A stretch of DNA of 64,000 nucleotides. It comes from Octopus sinensis. Taxonomy: Eukaryota. The position numbers and the translations under genes were made by a program. The first letter of the stretch is position 1, and each line of letters opens with the position of its first letter. The stretch is taken from assembly GCF_006345805.1 (NCBI RefSeq), contig NC_043000.1, forward strand, positions 116,250,001-116,314,000, read 5' to 3'. Positions 12,311-25,452 of the stretch are shown here, in pieces. The notes beneath the pieces were generated by a model. It saw only the letters and a list, made by a program, of their open reading frames with translations. It ran no database searches and was not told the origin of the DNA.

Positions 12311-12692
12311 CTAGCAGTATCGCCCGGCGTTGCTCAGGTTGTAAGGGAAATAACTATAAAGCATTTTTAGAGAGTTATAGCCAAAAAATAGCAAAAAAAT
12401 GGAAAAAAATGATGGTAAATTTTTTTTGAGAGTTAAAAAAGGTGGAGTTGCGTCCCCTAGACGGTCTGTGGTTTGGGTTTCTGATTCTCGACCCCATGTC
12501 GAATTTATCGATTTTTTTCAGAACTGGGGGAACTTTTCAAAATTTTCGCTGCGTTAGTTTTGAATTATGACATTGGGCTATGTGTGTGTCAAGTTTCATC
12601 AGAATCGGTTGAAAGCCGTGGTCAGAGTGAGGGTACGAGAAAACAGACACACAGAAAACGCACAGACAAACTACCGTTTATATAGAGAGAGA
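12311..12692 (-). mobile_element. Non-autonomous Helitron
   Basis: On the minus strand: A|TCTCTCTCTATATAAACGG... 5' end, 3' hairpin cctgagcaacgccggg, then CTAG|T; no TSD, A/T insertion site. Confidence 0.8.
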
Positions 12693-12811
12693 TATATATA
12701 TAAGTGCATACGTACATACATGTATATGTATGTATACAGACATATATATATATATATATAATATATATATATATATATAAGTGCATACGTACATACATGT
12801 ATATGTATGTA

Positions 12812-12847
<36 letters not shown>

Positions 12848-12908
12848 TATATATTATGTGAAATAGAAAGATGAATAATCTTGTTGCAGATTAATTTGGT
12901 AAATTGTG

Positions 12909-12985
12909 CCTTTCGAAACACGTGTAGAATGAAATAAAACGATGTCTGTTCAATCTTCGTTCAACTCCATTTCTTCAATTCACTA
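12909..12985 (+). ncRNA. Partial hammerhead (3' half) with Penelope-type tail
   Basis: ctttc-GAAAC-acgt-GTA-gaatg (palindrome acacgtgt), followed by tcgttcaactccatt as at 17852-17866; the CUGAnGA half is eroded. Confidence 0.5.
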
Positions 12986-12987
12986 AA

Positions 12988-13024
<37 letters not shown>

Positions 13025-13757
13025 TACGTGCGTACCTACACTCACACACGCACAGATATATACATTTACATACGCATCTTTTCCTGTAGAGACGTACGTA
13101 TGCTGACATAAATATATGTATGCATAAGCGAGTTTTATTATATTCTAAATAAGGATCACAATAATGCGACCGCGTTTCTAAGATAAATTTAGAAACACAC
13201 TAAAGAGAATCGAACAATTTCTCACGTCATAAAAAGTAAATTATAGATTTTTCCAGGATTTTCACTGCTAGATGTTTCCATCCATCTTCACTCATGGGGC
13301 ACAAATTCATTTATTTTTACAGTTTTTCTCAATTTTGATACATTTGCCTTGTTCTGTTGTGTTAATAAATGTGAGAACATGTGTTTTCTGTGTCTCCTGG
13401 GAAATCGAGAGATGTTAGGAGCTATGGCGTTTCAAAATTATTGTAATTCTGTCTCAGTAATGTGTGTCCTTGTTTAAATAATTATAAATATCTGTTCAGA
13501 CTTATAAAAGTTTTATGTTTTACCTGAACCACGGGAGGGTCTTTATACAAATAGTGAACACATGCACTGTTTCTATTTCACTTCTTTATTATATGTCAGT
13601 TGGTTAACCAATTAACTAATTATTTTTGATAAACCATTCGAGTAATCGATCTATCAGTTATGTTTGTCAAAATGTTTCGTCGCTATTCATGAACTCTTCA
13701 GTGATACCTCAATTCTCTGGGTCACCTTCAGATACAAAAACATTTGTCTCCACACAA

Positions 13758-14130
13758 GGCGGCGAGCTGGCAGAAGCGTTACTACGGCGGGAAAAAAGCT
13801 TAGCGGTATTTCGTCTGTCGTTATGTTCTGAGTTCAATTCTGCCGAGGTCGACTTTGCCTTTCATTCTTTCGGGGTCGATAAATCAAGTACCAGTTACGC
13901 CCTCGGATCGATATAATCGACTTAATCCGTTTGTCTGACCTAGTTTGTCCCCTCTGTGTGTAGCTCCTTGTGGCTAGTAAAGAAATAGGTATTTCGTCTG
14001 TCTTTACTTCTGAGTTCAAATTCCGCCTAGGTCGACTTTGCTTTTCATCCTCTCGGGGTCGATAAATTAAGTACCAGTTGTGTATTGGACTCGATGTGAA
14101 CGACTCACCCTCTGCCTATTGTAGAAACGA
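13758..14130 (+). mobile_element. SINE family A dimer
   Basis: Full unit followed by a head-less unit through the junction agaaataggtatttcgtctg. Confidence 0.88.
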
Positions 14131-14639
14131 TTATTTAATTAATTCAGACAATTCTCTATTATTTATGTTTTTCTATTATGAATAATTTCAAATACTTTTA
14201 AATGGTTAATGTAGTGGATTTGTTGAATTGGGCTCGTAAACTTCTAGTGATATTTCGTTTAATTATCAAATCCGACATGGTTCTCAAAGGCTAATGAGGG
14301 TTTTCATTTACTAATGAATTCTGGCTTGATTTCCGATGGCTAAAAAGCAAAACACCCAAACAAGAGAATGGAGTTACACGTTAAACATTACGTAGTCTGT
14401 TAAATATCGAGTGAATTATCGGTAATCGGTTATTGTATGCGTTACCTGAAATATCTGAAACAGGGGGGGAAGATGGCTTAACTCAAAGTCTTTACAAGAT
14501 GGAAAAGGAACAAGATTGGTGTGCGTGAATTAGCTTACTTGCTCGTGTTTAATTCGCTCCATCTTTTTTTAAAAGAAAATGCTGAGCTGCGATTTATGTA
14601 CGGGGCAAAGCAAGAAGTACGTAAGGAGAAATTTGAGTA

Positions 14640-14811
14640 GTTGTGTGGTAAGTAGCTTGCTTACCAACCACATGGTTCCGGGTTCAGTCCCACTGCGTGG
14701 CACCTTGGGCAAGTGTCCTCCACTATAGCCTCGGGCCGATCAAAGCCTTATTGAGTGGATTTGGTAGATAGAAACTGAAAGAAGCCCGTCGTATATATGT
14801 ATATATGTATA

Positions 14812-14843
<32 letters not shown>

Positions 14844-14893
14844 TTATTATTTATATATATATATACATATATATATTTATATATATATATTTA

Positions 14894-14928
<35 letters not shown>

Positions 14929-15320
14929 TTATTATATATATATATATTTATTTATTTATATATATATATTTATTTATTTATATATATATTATTTATTTAT
15001 ATATATATTTATTTATTTATATATATATATTTATTTATATATATATATATTTATTTTTATATATATATATTATATATATATATATATCTAATAGATAGAT
15101 ACAGATGTATAGATATAGATATGTGTGTATATGTTTGTCCCTCCAACATCGCTTGACAACCGATGCTGGTGTGTTTACGTCGCCGTAACTTAGTGGTTCG
15201 GCAAAAGAGACCGATAGAATAAGTACTAGGCTTACAAAGAATAAGTCCTGTGGTCGATTTGCACGACTAAAAGGCGGTGCCCCATCATGGACGCAGTCAA
15301 ATGACTGAAACAAGTAAAAG
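14640..15320 (+). mobile_element. SINE family B with expanded internal TA-rich microsatellite
   Basis: Head gtgtggtaagtagcttgc...aagcccgtcg, then ~300 bp of degenerate (TA)n, then the 3' half ending gcagtcaaatgactgaaacaagtaaaag. Confidence 0.9.
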
Positions 15321-16031
15321 TGTAAAAGCATAAAGAGCAAAGCGTATGATTTAATTCTAATTAATTAGTATACGATAAATACTGAACAGGAGAATCTCAT
15401 TCAAACACACGTCGATGAAATGCGGTTGCATATTGAAAACTATATAATGGAATATATCAAATATTAAACGAAAACTTATATCGTATTGTTAATGCGTTAA
15501 TAAAGTAGATATCACTTTTTGCTACCACTGTTGACTACATGTGTTTATATGATGGAGTGAATAATATGATGTTTCATTGGCTTATGCCACCACCTGCTGT
15601 TTCAGAATCGTCTTTGAGAATCTAATATCGCAGTTTTTATACCAGATTTATATTGCTAAAGTCAAATCTATTATGATTACGGAGTATACATATAAATTCA
15701 CAAAGCATAAACATACACAGCAGTATATAAATGTGTGCGTCTGTGTGTGTGTGTGTGTGTGTGTCTGCGTGTGTGTCTGCGTGGATGTACATGTATACAT
15801 ACACAAACAGTCACACACAAACACACACACGCACACAAACACACACATATGTATGTATATACATATATATAGAGAAAAAGGTAGACAGATAGGTAGGTAC
15901 ATAGATAGATGGATAGATAGATAGATAAACAGACATATAGATATATAGATAGATAGATAGACGGAGAGAGAGAGAGAGACAGAGAGAAACTGATAGATTG
16001 ATAGATAGAGAGAGAGAGACAAATAGATAGA

Positions 16032-16520
16032 TTGGTTTGGTTTTTAAGCGAAACTAAAACAACTTTAAAATTGTCGCTCCGTTCCAGTATCTTCTGCCAT
16101 CTTGTGGACAGATCCGTTTACCCTGCTCAAAGAGTTTTTTTTTTTATCTTTTCCAGCTAAAATCTCTGCAGGTCAATTTTTTGCCTTCTCTTCAGTGTAT
16201 AAGATCTGTACATCCAGAGAATTTTGTAAAGATCGATATAGCCATCGGATTTTGAAGAGACGCAAAGGCGTCATGGAAATAAATTTCAGTGAAGCCCTAA
16301 TCAAGTTCTTATGCGTCTTCAAAAAAGTGTGCGGCCTGACATTGTGATGATGAAACGCAAGATCTTACGATTAGCAATGATGGATGACTCTGTACAATCG
16401 CTGAGATAAATTTCCCTAGATGATTAAAATGCACATCCGAGGTGGAGGTTCACTCCTTCGGGACAATTTTGTAAATTACATTACCTTTCTAATCCCTCCA
16501 AATTGAAAGCATAAGAAATG
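16032..16520 (-). mobile_element. Degenerate mariner transposase relic
   Basis: Minus-strand remnants LMLSIWRD*KG, FHHHNVRPHT (HDNARPH motif), LYRSLQNSL and RWQKILE. Confidence 0.75.
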
Positions 16521-16924
16521 TTTCCCCAGTGTTCAATATTTTCCTCTCTTTCTGGTTTAACAACCCTCCATGTTTGTTTTTCTTCGTTTTCCCTGTCAGT
16601 TTTTTGTTCCCAACTTTGACACACCATAAATCCTAAATTTTATTTTAGAATTTATGGGAGCAACTGACTTTAAAGACTCATAATGGTGAAAGCTCGAATT
16701 GAGGAGTAGATAATCAGCCGACAACTGACCAAGGACCGTTTCTCTGTGTTAACTTGTCCTGTTTTCCTTTTTTTTTCTTCTTGTTAACGTATGTCACCCG
16801 TTTTTCCCTCGCTTGTTTACGTATTTCATGTTATTTATACAGTTGGTGACGTCCTGTTCCTATATATGCATGTATACACACACACATATTATATTTTATT
16901 AATGATATATATGTATATATATGT

Positions 16925-17312
16925 ATAAGGAAACCATGATCGTCCTCTGGCGGACATTCGCCCTCAGCCGCCTGGATTACTGCATAGTGCTAAAAATCCC
17001 AGCAATGTCATCACGCTTCAGGACCAGTTACTGCAACAGCCTGGGTTTCAAGGGCCCACAGCTTTTTAATATTCTCCCAAAAAGTCTGAGGAACTTGCAT
17101 AAAGTAGATGTAGGGGTTTTAAAATCAAAGCTGGACCTCTTCCTGTCAAGAGTCCCAGATGAACGTACCTCACGGCAAGAGGTGCAAATGAGGGTAGCTA
17201 TATCAAACTCCATTCTTCACCAAGTGCCACATATTAGAGGAGGCTCTTAATAATAACAGTGTAGCAAAACGACGGTGCATCAGCATGGCCGCAGCTTTGA
17301 GCTGAAATTAGA
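16925..17312 (+). mobile_element. CR1/Jockey-group LINE 3' fragment with internal deletion and 3' tail
   Basis: LWRTFALSRLDYC...NSLGFKGPQLFNILPKSLRNL...LKSKLDLFLSRVPDE; tail cggtgcatcagcatggccgcagctttgagctgaaa. Confidence 0.85.
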
Positions 17313-17351
17313 GTATAAAAAAATATATATGTTTATATATATGCATATATA

Positions 17352-17389
<38 letters not shown>

Positions 17390-17592
17390 TATTTAAGTAG
17401 TTGAATGAATTATATTAGTATGGATAATTCGGTTAACCGATACCTGGGTAGCAAATTCACGTCAGAAAAACACGGTTGAAGCTACATGCCAATGGTAGAG
17501 ATCACGTGCTTTCGTGTGGAAATTTGTGTGTTTTTTTAAATACAAATAAATGAAAGAATGGAGTTGAACGACGATTTAACAAAATTCCTTTA

Positions 17593-17676
17593 TTCTCGAC
17601 ATATGTTTCGAAGGCTGCATATTCCTAATTTCGAAGGAATAAGGGGTGCATTATGCCGCCTTCTCATCAGGAAAAA
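17593..17676 (-). ncRNA. Type I hammerhead ribozyme, minus-strand copy
   Basis: Exact reverse complement of 17747-17830. Confidence 0.85.
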
Positions 17677-17746
17677 ATCGCTATGGGCTCCATGTGGGCA
17701 GTCATATAAGAGCTTTTGTTCATCTTGATGCTGACATAAGTTCCTG

Positions 17747-17830
17747 TTTTTCCTGATGAGAAGGCGGCATAATGCACCCCTTATTCCTTCGAAATTAGGA
17801 ATATGCAGCCTTCGAAACATATGTCGAGAA
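17747..17830 (+). ncRNA. Type I hammerhead ribozyme, canonical core
   Basis: ttttc-CTGATGA-gaaggc...gccttc-GAAAC-atat-GTC-gagaa; inner helices gcat/atgc and tattcct/aggaata; stem III palindrome acatatgt; predicted cleavage after 17825. Confidence 0.88.
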
Positions 17831-17891
17831 TAAAGGAATTTTGTTAAATCGTCGTTCAACTCCATTCTTTCATTTATATAATGTATGTATA

Positions 17892-17956
<65 letters not shown>

Positions 17957-18296
17957 CTACATATTAAATGTTAAATATTAGAAGAAAATATCAATTTGTA
18001 AAGACCATATTAAAGAAATATCAAAATATAAACATTATATGAACTAGCATAAAGATTCACTTGGCGCTTTTCAGTACTTTAAAACTTTCCAATAAAATTA
18101 TTAATATAAGTAGAAAATACCGGATCAACTAATAATAGCGATGAATTCATTTTCAATGTTAAATTATTAACACTTACATTATCTTTACAGGATTATGTAC
18201 GTATGGCTTGAAAGCAAGTGTGTATATGTGTATATATACTACGATATATATATTTGTATGAGGGCATGTATGTCTATCTTTATATTTAACTATGTG

Positions 18297-18333
<37 letters not shown>

Positions 18334-18514
18334 ATGTATGTGTGTGTATATGTAATCTATCTATCTATCTATCTATCTGTTCATATGCATATACTTTCTT
18401 TATATATGTGTCTACATGTACATATGTAGGTATATCTGTGTATATATGCAGTTATATATGGAGATCTGTATTTATAAATGTATGTATGTATATCTACTTG
18501 TGTGACTATATGTG

Positions 18515-18556
<42 letters not shown>

Positions 18557-18776
18557 AATAAGTATATGCACCTGAAGACAATCACGATTGTATTGCCAAA
18601 TATTTATAACTAAACGAATATGTTAGCAGCGAATTATAACTTGTATGCGTGTATTCAATTACTCTCTCCGTTCCTTTCTTCTCGTATATATATACATACA
18701 TATATGGTAATTTTTGAAAAAATATCTAACTATAATTATATGTGTATGAACCAGTATATACGTGCCTGTCCGTATG

Positions 18777-18808
<32 letters not shown>

Positions 18809-19267
18809 TGTATGTATGTATGTATGTATGTGTGTGTATGTGTATGCATTTACGCGTGTGCATACATATATGCGCATATATATATATATATATGTGTGTG
18901 TGAGCACGTGTATATGTCCGTGCATGCTATATGTATATATATATATTATATATGTTCTTCCTTTTTTTATATATTACAATTTCATTTTCTGTTTAAATTG
19001 TTTGGTTATAAAAATTACAATTATATTTAATATCGCAATAATAAAAACATTAATTTCATTTCTTTCTCTGTATGTGTGTGTATTTGTGTGTATGTGTCTA
19101 TGTATAATTATATTTGTATATTTTGCATACATGTCTGTACATACGTGTGTTTGTATGTGTGCGTGTACGCGAGTATGTGTGTATAGATATGCTCGAGCGT
19201 GTTTGTGCACACACAAATGTATGTATGTATCTATCTATATATATATAAACATATATATATATGTATA

Positions 19268-19345
<78 letters not shown>

Positions 19346-19411
19346 ATATATATATAATATATATATGTATATATATATATGTAATATATAATATAATATA
19401 TATATTATATA

Positions 19412-19446
<35 letters not shown>

Positions 19447-19540
19447 CAAAGGGAAAGTTTACGAAAATAAACAAAAGACGAAGGCAGGTGGTGTACAAAC
19501 AAACATATGTATTAGTATAGCGCTCAGGAATAGAAAAAGT
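19447..19540 (-). mobile_element. Truncated copy of the HHR-bearing element at 58441-58640
   Basis: agggaaagtttacgaaaa...aaaagacgaaggcaggtggtgtacaaacaaaca.atgtattagtata.cgctcaggaatagaaaa is shared with 58442-58530; embedded in (TA)n. Confidence 0.8.
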
Positions 19541-19681
19541 ATATATATATATATATACCTACTCATATAAACATTTGAAAAGATGATCATTATTTATTTT
19601 TTCTTGGTTTGTTTCCCTTGACAACGTTGCATGCTACTATTTTGCTTCTATCTTTCTTCGTATATTTTTCGTTGTATTTGC

Positions 19682-19745
<64 letters not shown>

Positions 19746-19784
19746 GTTGTTGTTGTTGTCGTTGTCGTTGTTATTGTTGTTATC

Positions 19785-20339
19785 GAGTGAGAGAGCAGTG
19801 CATGCCATTAAAGTGACATTGGGGTAAAATATAGCCCAGTATACCCATCATGACTACCCCTCTGATATGGGTACACCAGGCACATGCACCACAAACATAT
19901 ATGCACGATATGGTGATCTCATATCAAGATAAAAAGCGCATGACCTTGCAGGTGAGGCCCATTTAGAATTTCTTTCTTGTCGAGTAGCCCATCCCGCTCA
20001 AAAGGTACCTGAATAAGGATTGTTTAAGGATGTTGAACGAACCACCCATGTTTCCAAAGGTGAATTATCGAAACCTCCAAGAATTCCTTTCAACACACGG
20101 TTATGATGCTCCCCCACTGCTTCTGCTTGTGGTCAGAGATGCACATATCGTCAGCCACTAAGGGACATGCTCAACTGGTTGAGGTCAAACAACTGACATT
20201 CAAATCTGTGGTATTGAGCAGAATATTTGCTGTAGCCCATCTTTTATACCAACACAAAACAATGTACATGATAACACTTCCAACCAGTTAAGAAATGGTC
20301 TGATGCAGTACCAGCCACTGCCTGGTGCTGCATCAGGCC

Positions 20340-20343
<4 letters not shown>
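19785..20343. mobile_element. Repeat family C, apparently complete, between (TTA)n arrays
   Basis: Non-coding ~560-bp unit homologous to 5239-5405 and, degenerately, 47955-48110; flanked by (tta/ttg)n and (tta)n. Confidence 0.75.
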
Positions 20344-20406
<63 letters not shown>

Positions 20407-20460
20407 TTTATTTTTATTTTTATTATTATTATTATTATTATATTATTATTATTATTATTA

Positions 20461-20520
<60 letters not shown>

Positions 20521-20659
20521 TCATTATTATCACTTTGATGGCATTTACTGCTCTATCACTCCATAATAATAAGAAAAAGAAGAAGAAGAAGAAGAAGAGA
20601 AGAAGAAGAAGAAGAGAAGAAGAAGAGAAGAAGAAGAAGAAGAAGAAGAAGGAGAGACT

Positions 20660-20900
20660 ATGGTTTGGTCTCCGAAATCACCGGTTCTCTGAGTAGTTGA
20701 ATATTTATTGTACATTTTGGAGCAGCTTCCTTCCACCATCGTCGCTGAAAGAAGTAAATTAGTCTTTACTTGAATAATGGTTCAAAATTAATTGAATTAT
20801 ATAATGATGGGAACCCTACATGCTTGAGATAAGTGACAGAAACGTCTACTTAATTTGGAGAAGAACTGCATTGGTAGCACCATGTATCCCCTAACGAAGA
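20660..20900 (+). mobile_element. Tc1-like relic
   Basis: gaatatttattgtacattttggagcag...ccaccatcgtcgctgaaagaa resembles the reverse complement of ~3120-3200 (EYL.YILEQ..PPSSLKE). Confidence 0.5.
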
Positions 20901-21529
20901 AGCGCAACTAGATAAGTATACAACAAGGGTTGTTTAGTTTCGATAAGAGCTAAAGAAAAGAAAATTCCACAACTTCTCGTGTGGAAATGTGCTTGAGAAG
21001 GATATAAAATGATATCGACTTAATCGTGGAAGCCAAGCGACATGGTATTGGCCAATAAGATTTAGCTCAGAAGGACTTGTATAGAGGTGTTGTGCCTCCT
21101 CATGTACGTGTGACGGCAGTATCATGTCGACGTCCACTGTCAAAGAAATTATGATTGTAAATGTGTTAGATATGGCACTTGAATTCGATCTTAGGTGTGT
21201 AGTAGTATTCGTTGGTTCCGAGGCAACTGACTCCTGTGTAGAGAAAACAATAACAGTAATAAATGCATGAACAAGCTCAACAGCAACATCAAATTAATTA
21301 TCCTAGAGTTACAGCCGTCTTCTGGTCACCGTCTTTACAGTTGTTCGAAAAGGTAACATCGCTTTGATGGAGGAGGTAATAAACTGGAAAAATCGAATTC
21401 CATTACGGGGAAGAATTCCTACCCAAAACCTGACTGGACAGACTGCTAATACACGCACTCACACAAACACACACATATACGCACACACAAAATATATACA
21501 CTTTTTGTATTAGTGTATTAATATTTAAA

Positions 21530-22060
21530 CACGCGCCGGTCATTTGACTTGCCAGAGGAAATAACCAAATGGATGAACCTTCTCATATTCTGCACATACT
21601 TAACGCTTTCTGCTTGATTGCATATTTCTGTTGGTCTCTGGTATAAAACTTTCTGCTCTTTTACTGCAATCAAAACTTTCAATTCCAATTCCAGCTCTGT
21701 CTTCTGCATTTCTCAGTCATTGATGTATATCTAGTTTTTATTTTTAATGTTATTCGCTGTGTACAATCTTTTCATATCATCGTATTTATTTGTTTCGCAA
21801 TTTCTATTGTCTCAACATGCTTCTTACAACTCACTGTTATATTTGCAGCTGTTTTTATTTTCATTTTCGTTTGTTCATTTCTTTAATGAAACAAAACAGT
21901 CTTCTTGGTTGTGATTTTCATCTACTTGTAATTGTTCTTCACTGAAATCCTATTGCAAGGATTTATGAATGAGATATAATATAGCGTTTTACAAAAGTCT
22001 GCTTTCTATTTTTCATTAGTCTACTTCTTCTAAGGCCTAGTCTTTCTCATTAACTTGGAT
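21530..22060 (-). pseudogene. Highly degenerate R4/Dong-like (RLE-type) LINE fragment
   Basis: Remnants (W)LRNA...LIAVKEQ..., a Cys-containing segment and IHLVISSG resemble WL....L..ETEG.I.AAQDQ...CR.C...ETI.H..SGC. Confidence 0.45.
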
Positions 22061-22901
22061 CCCAATTGAGTAAATATAATGTGATACGTATGGCGTAGAG
22101 GTTAGGAGTGTTGCATTTACGATCGCAAGATCACGGTTTCCAAATCCAGACCGCCTGAGAGTTGTGGTCTTAAGCAAAATATTTCATTTTACGCTCCTAC
22201 ACTTAAACTCTATTGTAAAAGGAAAGCCCTGCGATGATGACGGAGAGTGTTGACATGCTCGCCCGCCGGACTAGGCAACGAGGTAGCATCATTCGAGAGT
22301 TAAGATAGTGCGAGGAAGCGCATTGTAACCAGTGGTGTACAACAGCACGTGATAGTCTGAGTAGTGGTTAATAGGTTTCACTTATGATCGTAAAACTGTG
22401 GTATCGATTCCTGGACCGCTTGATGTGTTCTGTGCTCTTGAAGAAAACACTTCATTTCACGTTACTCTAGTTCGCTAGGTTAGCAAAGATGAGTGATCCT
22501 GTAACGGACAGGTGTCCCGTGTGGCTGGGTTTGTAGGCTATGTACACAACAGAATCCGCGGGGAAACAGGCAATGTAGGCTTATGGCTCTTGAAGAAAAC
22601 GTGATTATTTGTCGCTTGTGAAATATCATGGATATACATATTACATATATTTTATGATGTCCTCTCGTCACGGTTGTCATTACGAATCACATTCATACAT
22701 ACATATCTACGTACGTAAATACATACATGCATACATACATACATACATATATACATACATACATACATACATACATACATGCATGCATGCATACATACAG
22801 ACATATAGATAGATAAATAGATTAATTGATTGGTTGATATGTACGTATATACATACACACATACACGTCCACACACACACATGCACACTCACCTATATAT
22901 A

Positions 22902-22945
<44 letters not shown>

Positions 22946-22969
22946 GGACACAAACATACACGCACACAG

Positions 22970-23362
22970 AGTGGATGTGTGGTAAGTAGCTTGCCTAGCA
23001 ACCACATGGTACTGGAGTCAGTCCCACTGCGTGGCACCTCGGGCAAGGGTCCTCTGGTATAGCCTCGGGCCGACCAAAACCTTGTGTGTGGATTTGGTAG
23101 ATGGAAACTGAAAGAATCCCGTCGTATATATGTATATGCATATATAGAAGTGTGTGTGCGTTTGTGTGTGTGTGTTTGTCCCGCGAACATCGCTTGACAA
23201 CCGATGCTAATGTGTTTTCGTCCCCGTAACTCAGCGGTTCGGCAAAAGACACCGATAGGATATGTACTAAGCTCACAAAGAATAAGTACCGGAGTCTATT
23301 TGCTCGACTAAAGGCGGTGCTCCATTATGGCCGCAGTCAAAAGATTGAAACAAGTAAAAGAC
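22970..23362 (+). mobile_element. SINE family B, full length
   Basis: Consensus head, internal TA/TG tract and tail. Confidence 0.9.
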
Positions 23363-23383
23363 TAAAGCGAGTATATATACATA

Positions 23384-23713
23384 TAAGGTGGGCCAAAAGT
23401 CAACCGACAGTAAATCAAAATTCCATGAATACATAATATTCAATTCTATTTATTCATTCCAATTATGAATGTTAGAAAATTAAACGTTGCGAGTAAAAAT
23501 CACCGTTTCGATTTCAACAATTGATATTTATTATCGAAGTCTCATATAAATTTTTTTTATTTTAATCTTGGAATGAAATGTTTTCATTTAGTTTTTCCAA
23601 AATGTAATTGTTTTCCATACTTACAGTTGAAAAAGTCTCAATGACCGTAACCGGTACTGAAATGTTTTTTATAAAATCATCTTAGCATTTTCTATTTTGA
23701 CTTTTTCCCATAT
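23384..23713. mobile_element. Possible Tc1/mariner MITE
   Basis: Imperfect TIR taaggtgggccaaaagtca ... tgactttttcccata with TA flanks. Confidence 0.35.
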
Positions 23714-24352
23714 ATATATCAACTCGTATGCTCCTTTTCAACCTTCTTCACACACACTCACACACATACACACATCGAAGAGATAGGGATAGTGGAGAGA
23801 GAAAGTTAGAGAGAGACATATGCGGAGAGACGACTTTGCCTGTGTCAGTTCGTCTCTACAAAGAAACACCTGATATTGGAAGAGAAACGAACAATCACAT
23901 TACTTCGAAGCATAATAAAGAAATATTATATATTTTGGGTGGATTAAAAAGTTGGTCGGTGTTCAATCGCAAAAAAAAATATATCAAACTCTCCTATTGC
24001 CATTTCGATAATTCTCAATAAACTTCGGGAAAGATTATAGAAAAAAATAGGTAATCGATATAGATTTGACAACTTCTTGAAGCTGAAGTAGATCCAATAT
24101 TGTTTTCAAGAATTGGTTACTTCTGCAGAGCGTTATGCAATCTCTTGTAATATCGACATGCGCAAAAATACCTTAATTCTTGGTAGAAGTTACTTCACTC
24201 GTAGGGAATATGTGATATGGATTGTTTTCTCTGCTTCATCGAAAAGAAAAGAAATATTGTTTGACAATTCAGTTAGGATTTCTTTGGCCAAATTAATTCA
24301 GACCATACAACGGTGTTCGCTTGATTGAATCGGACCCATATTCGTTGCTGTT

Positions 24353-24622
<270 letters not shown>

Positions 24623-25452
24623 CATATATATATACATACACACACACAGCGAGAGAAAGTGTGAAAACTCTCTTTATTGATGGCCATTTGCGAAGAGTAG
24701 GCCATAGTAAATTGCGATGGCGCACTTGTTCTAGAAAATGATTTCCTACTGTTTCAAGTCATACTACCTGACAAATACACTTTTCTTGCTTTCAATTTTT
24801 CGTTATCTCACTTCACTGATATTTTCACAAATTGTCCGTATGAAGTGGCTTTCACCACGGTGTAGGAAGATACTTCTAATGTCCAGTATCTTCAGATTTT
24901 AAGAAAAATAAATAACATTTGTTAAAAAAAATCACTTTGAAGGCCTAAAGGAAGTACCAGATAAGATTTGTCGCTGACGAAAGGTCTTTGAAGTTACGAT
25001 AAGAAAAGTGTTGGAAAACTGTGAGTAAAATTGAAATGCATAAAACCAAAATGAGGAAATGTGCGAAGAGATGTCTTTTATGATATAGACACAAGAAAAA
25101 AAAATGAAAGATAAAACGTAAGAGAAAATAATTTGCACGAAAAAGTACACATTTTCTACGATAAACATGAAAGTGTTTTTAAATTTGTGCAACGGTGATT
25201 GCATGAATTTCAACATTTTCAGCAGAATATTCTTAATAGTACATTATATCCCTACGAATATAGGAATATATGTCAACGCACGCATACGCACACATTCACA
25301 AGCACACACACACAAACAAACACATGTCTTTATTTTCATTCATGGGGCCTGCGTCACTCTCGACGATCTTTGTTTAGAGCGTTCTTTTAGCTAAACTACC
25401 GATTTACTTTGATTCCATTTGGCTGAATATTCCACAATATTTCACAACTCCA

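Larger units (their letters stand above)
17546..17877. repeat. Perfect inverted repeat, 131-bp arms and 70-bp spacer (inverted pseudo-LTR-like structure)
   Basis: 17546-17676 is the exact reverse complement of 17747-17877 by manual comparison. Confidence 0.95.

Noticed and set aside
16660-16860. Possible HHR ctgactt...gaaagctc in a pLTR-like segment
   Set aside because: The core and stems are too degenerate to support; only the agct palindrome fits.
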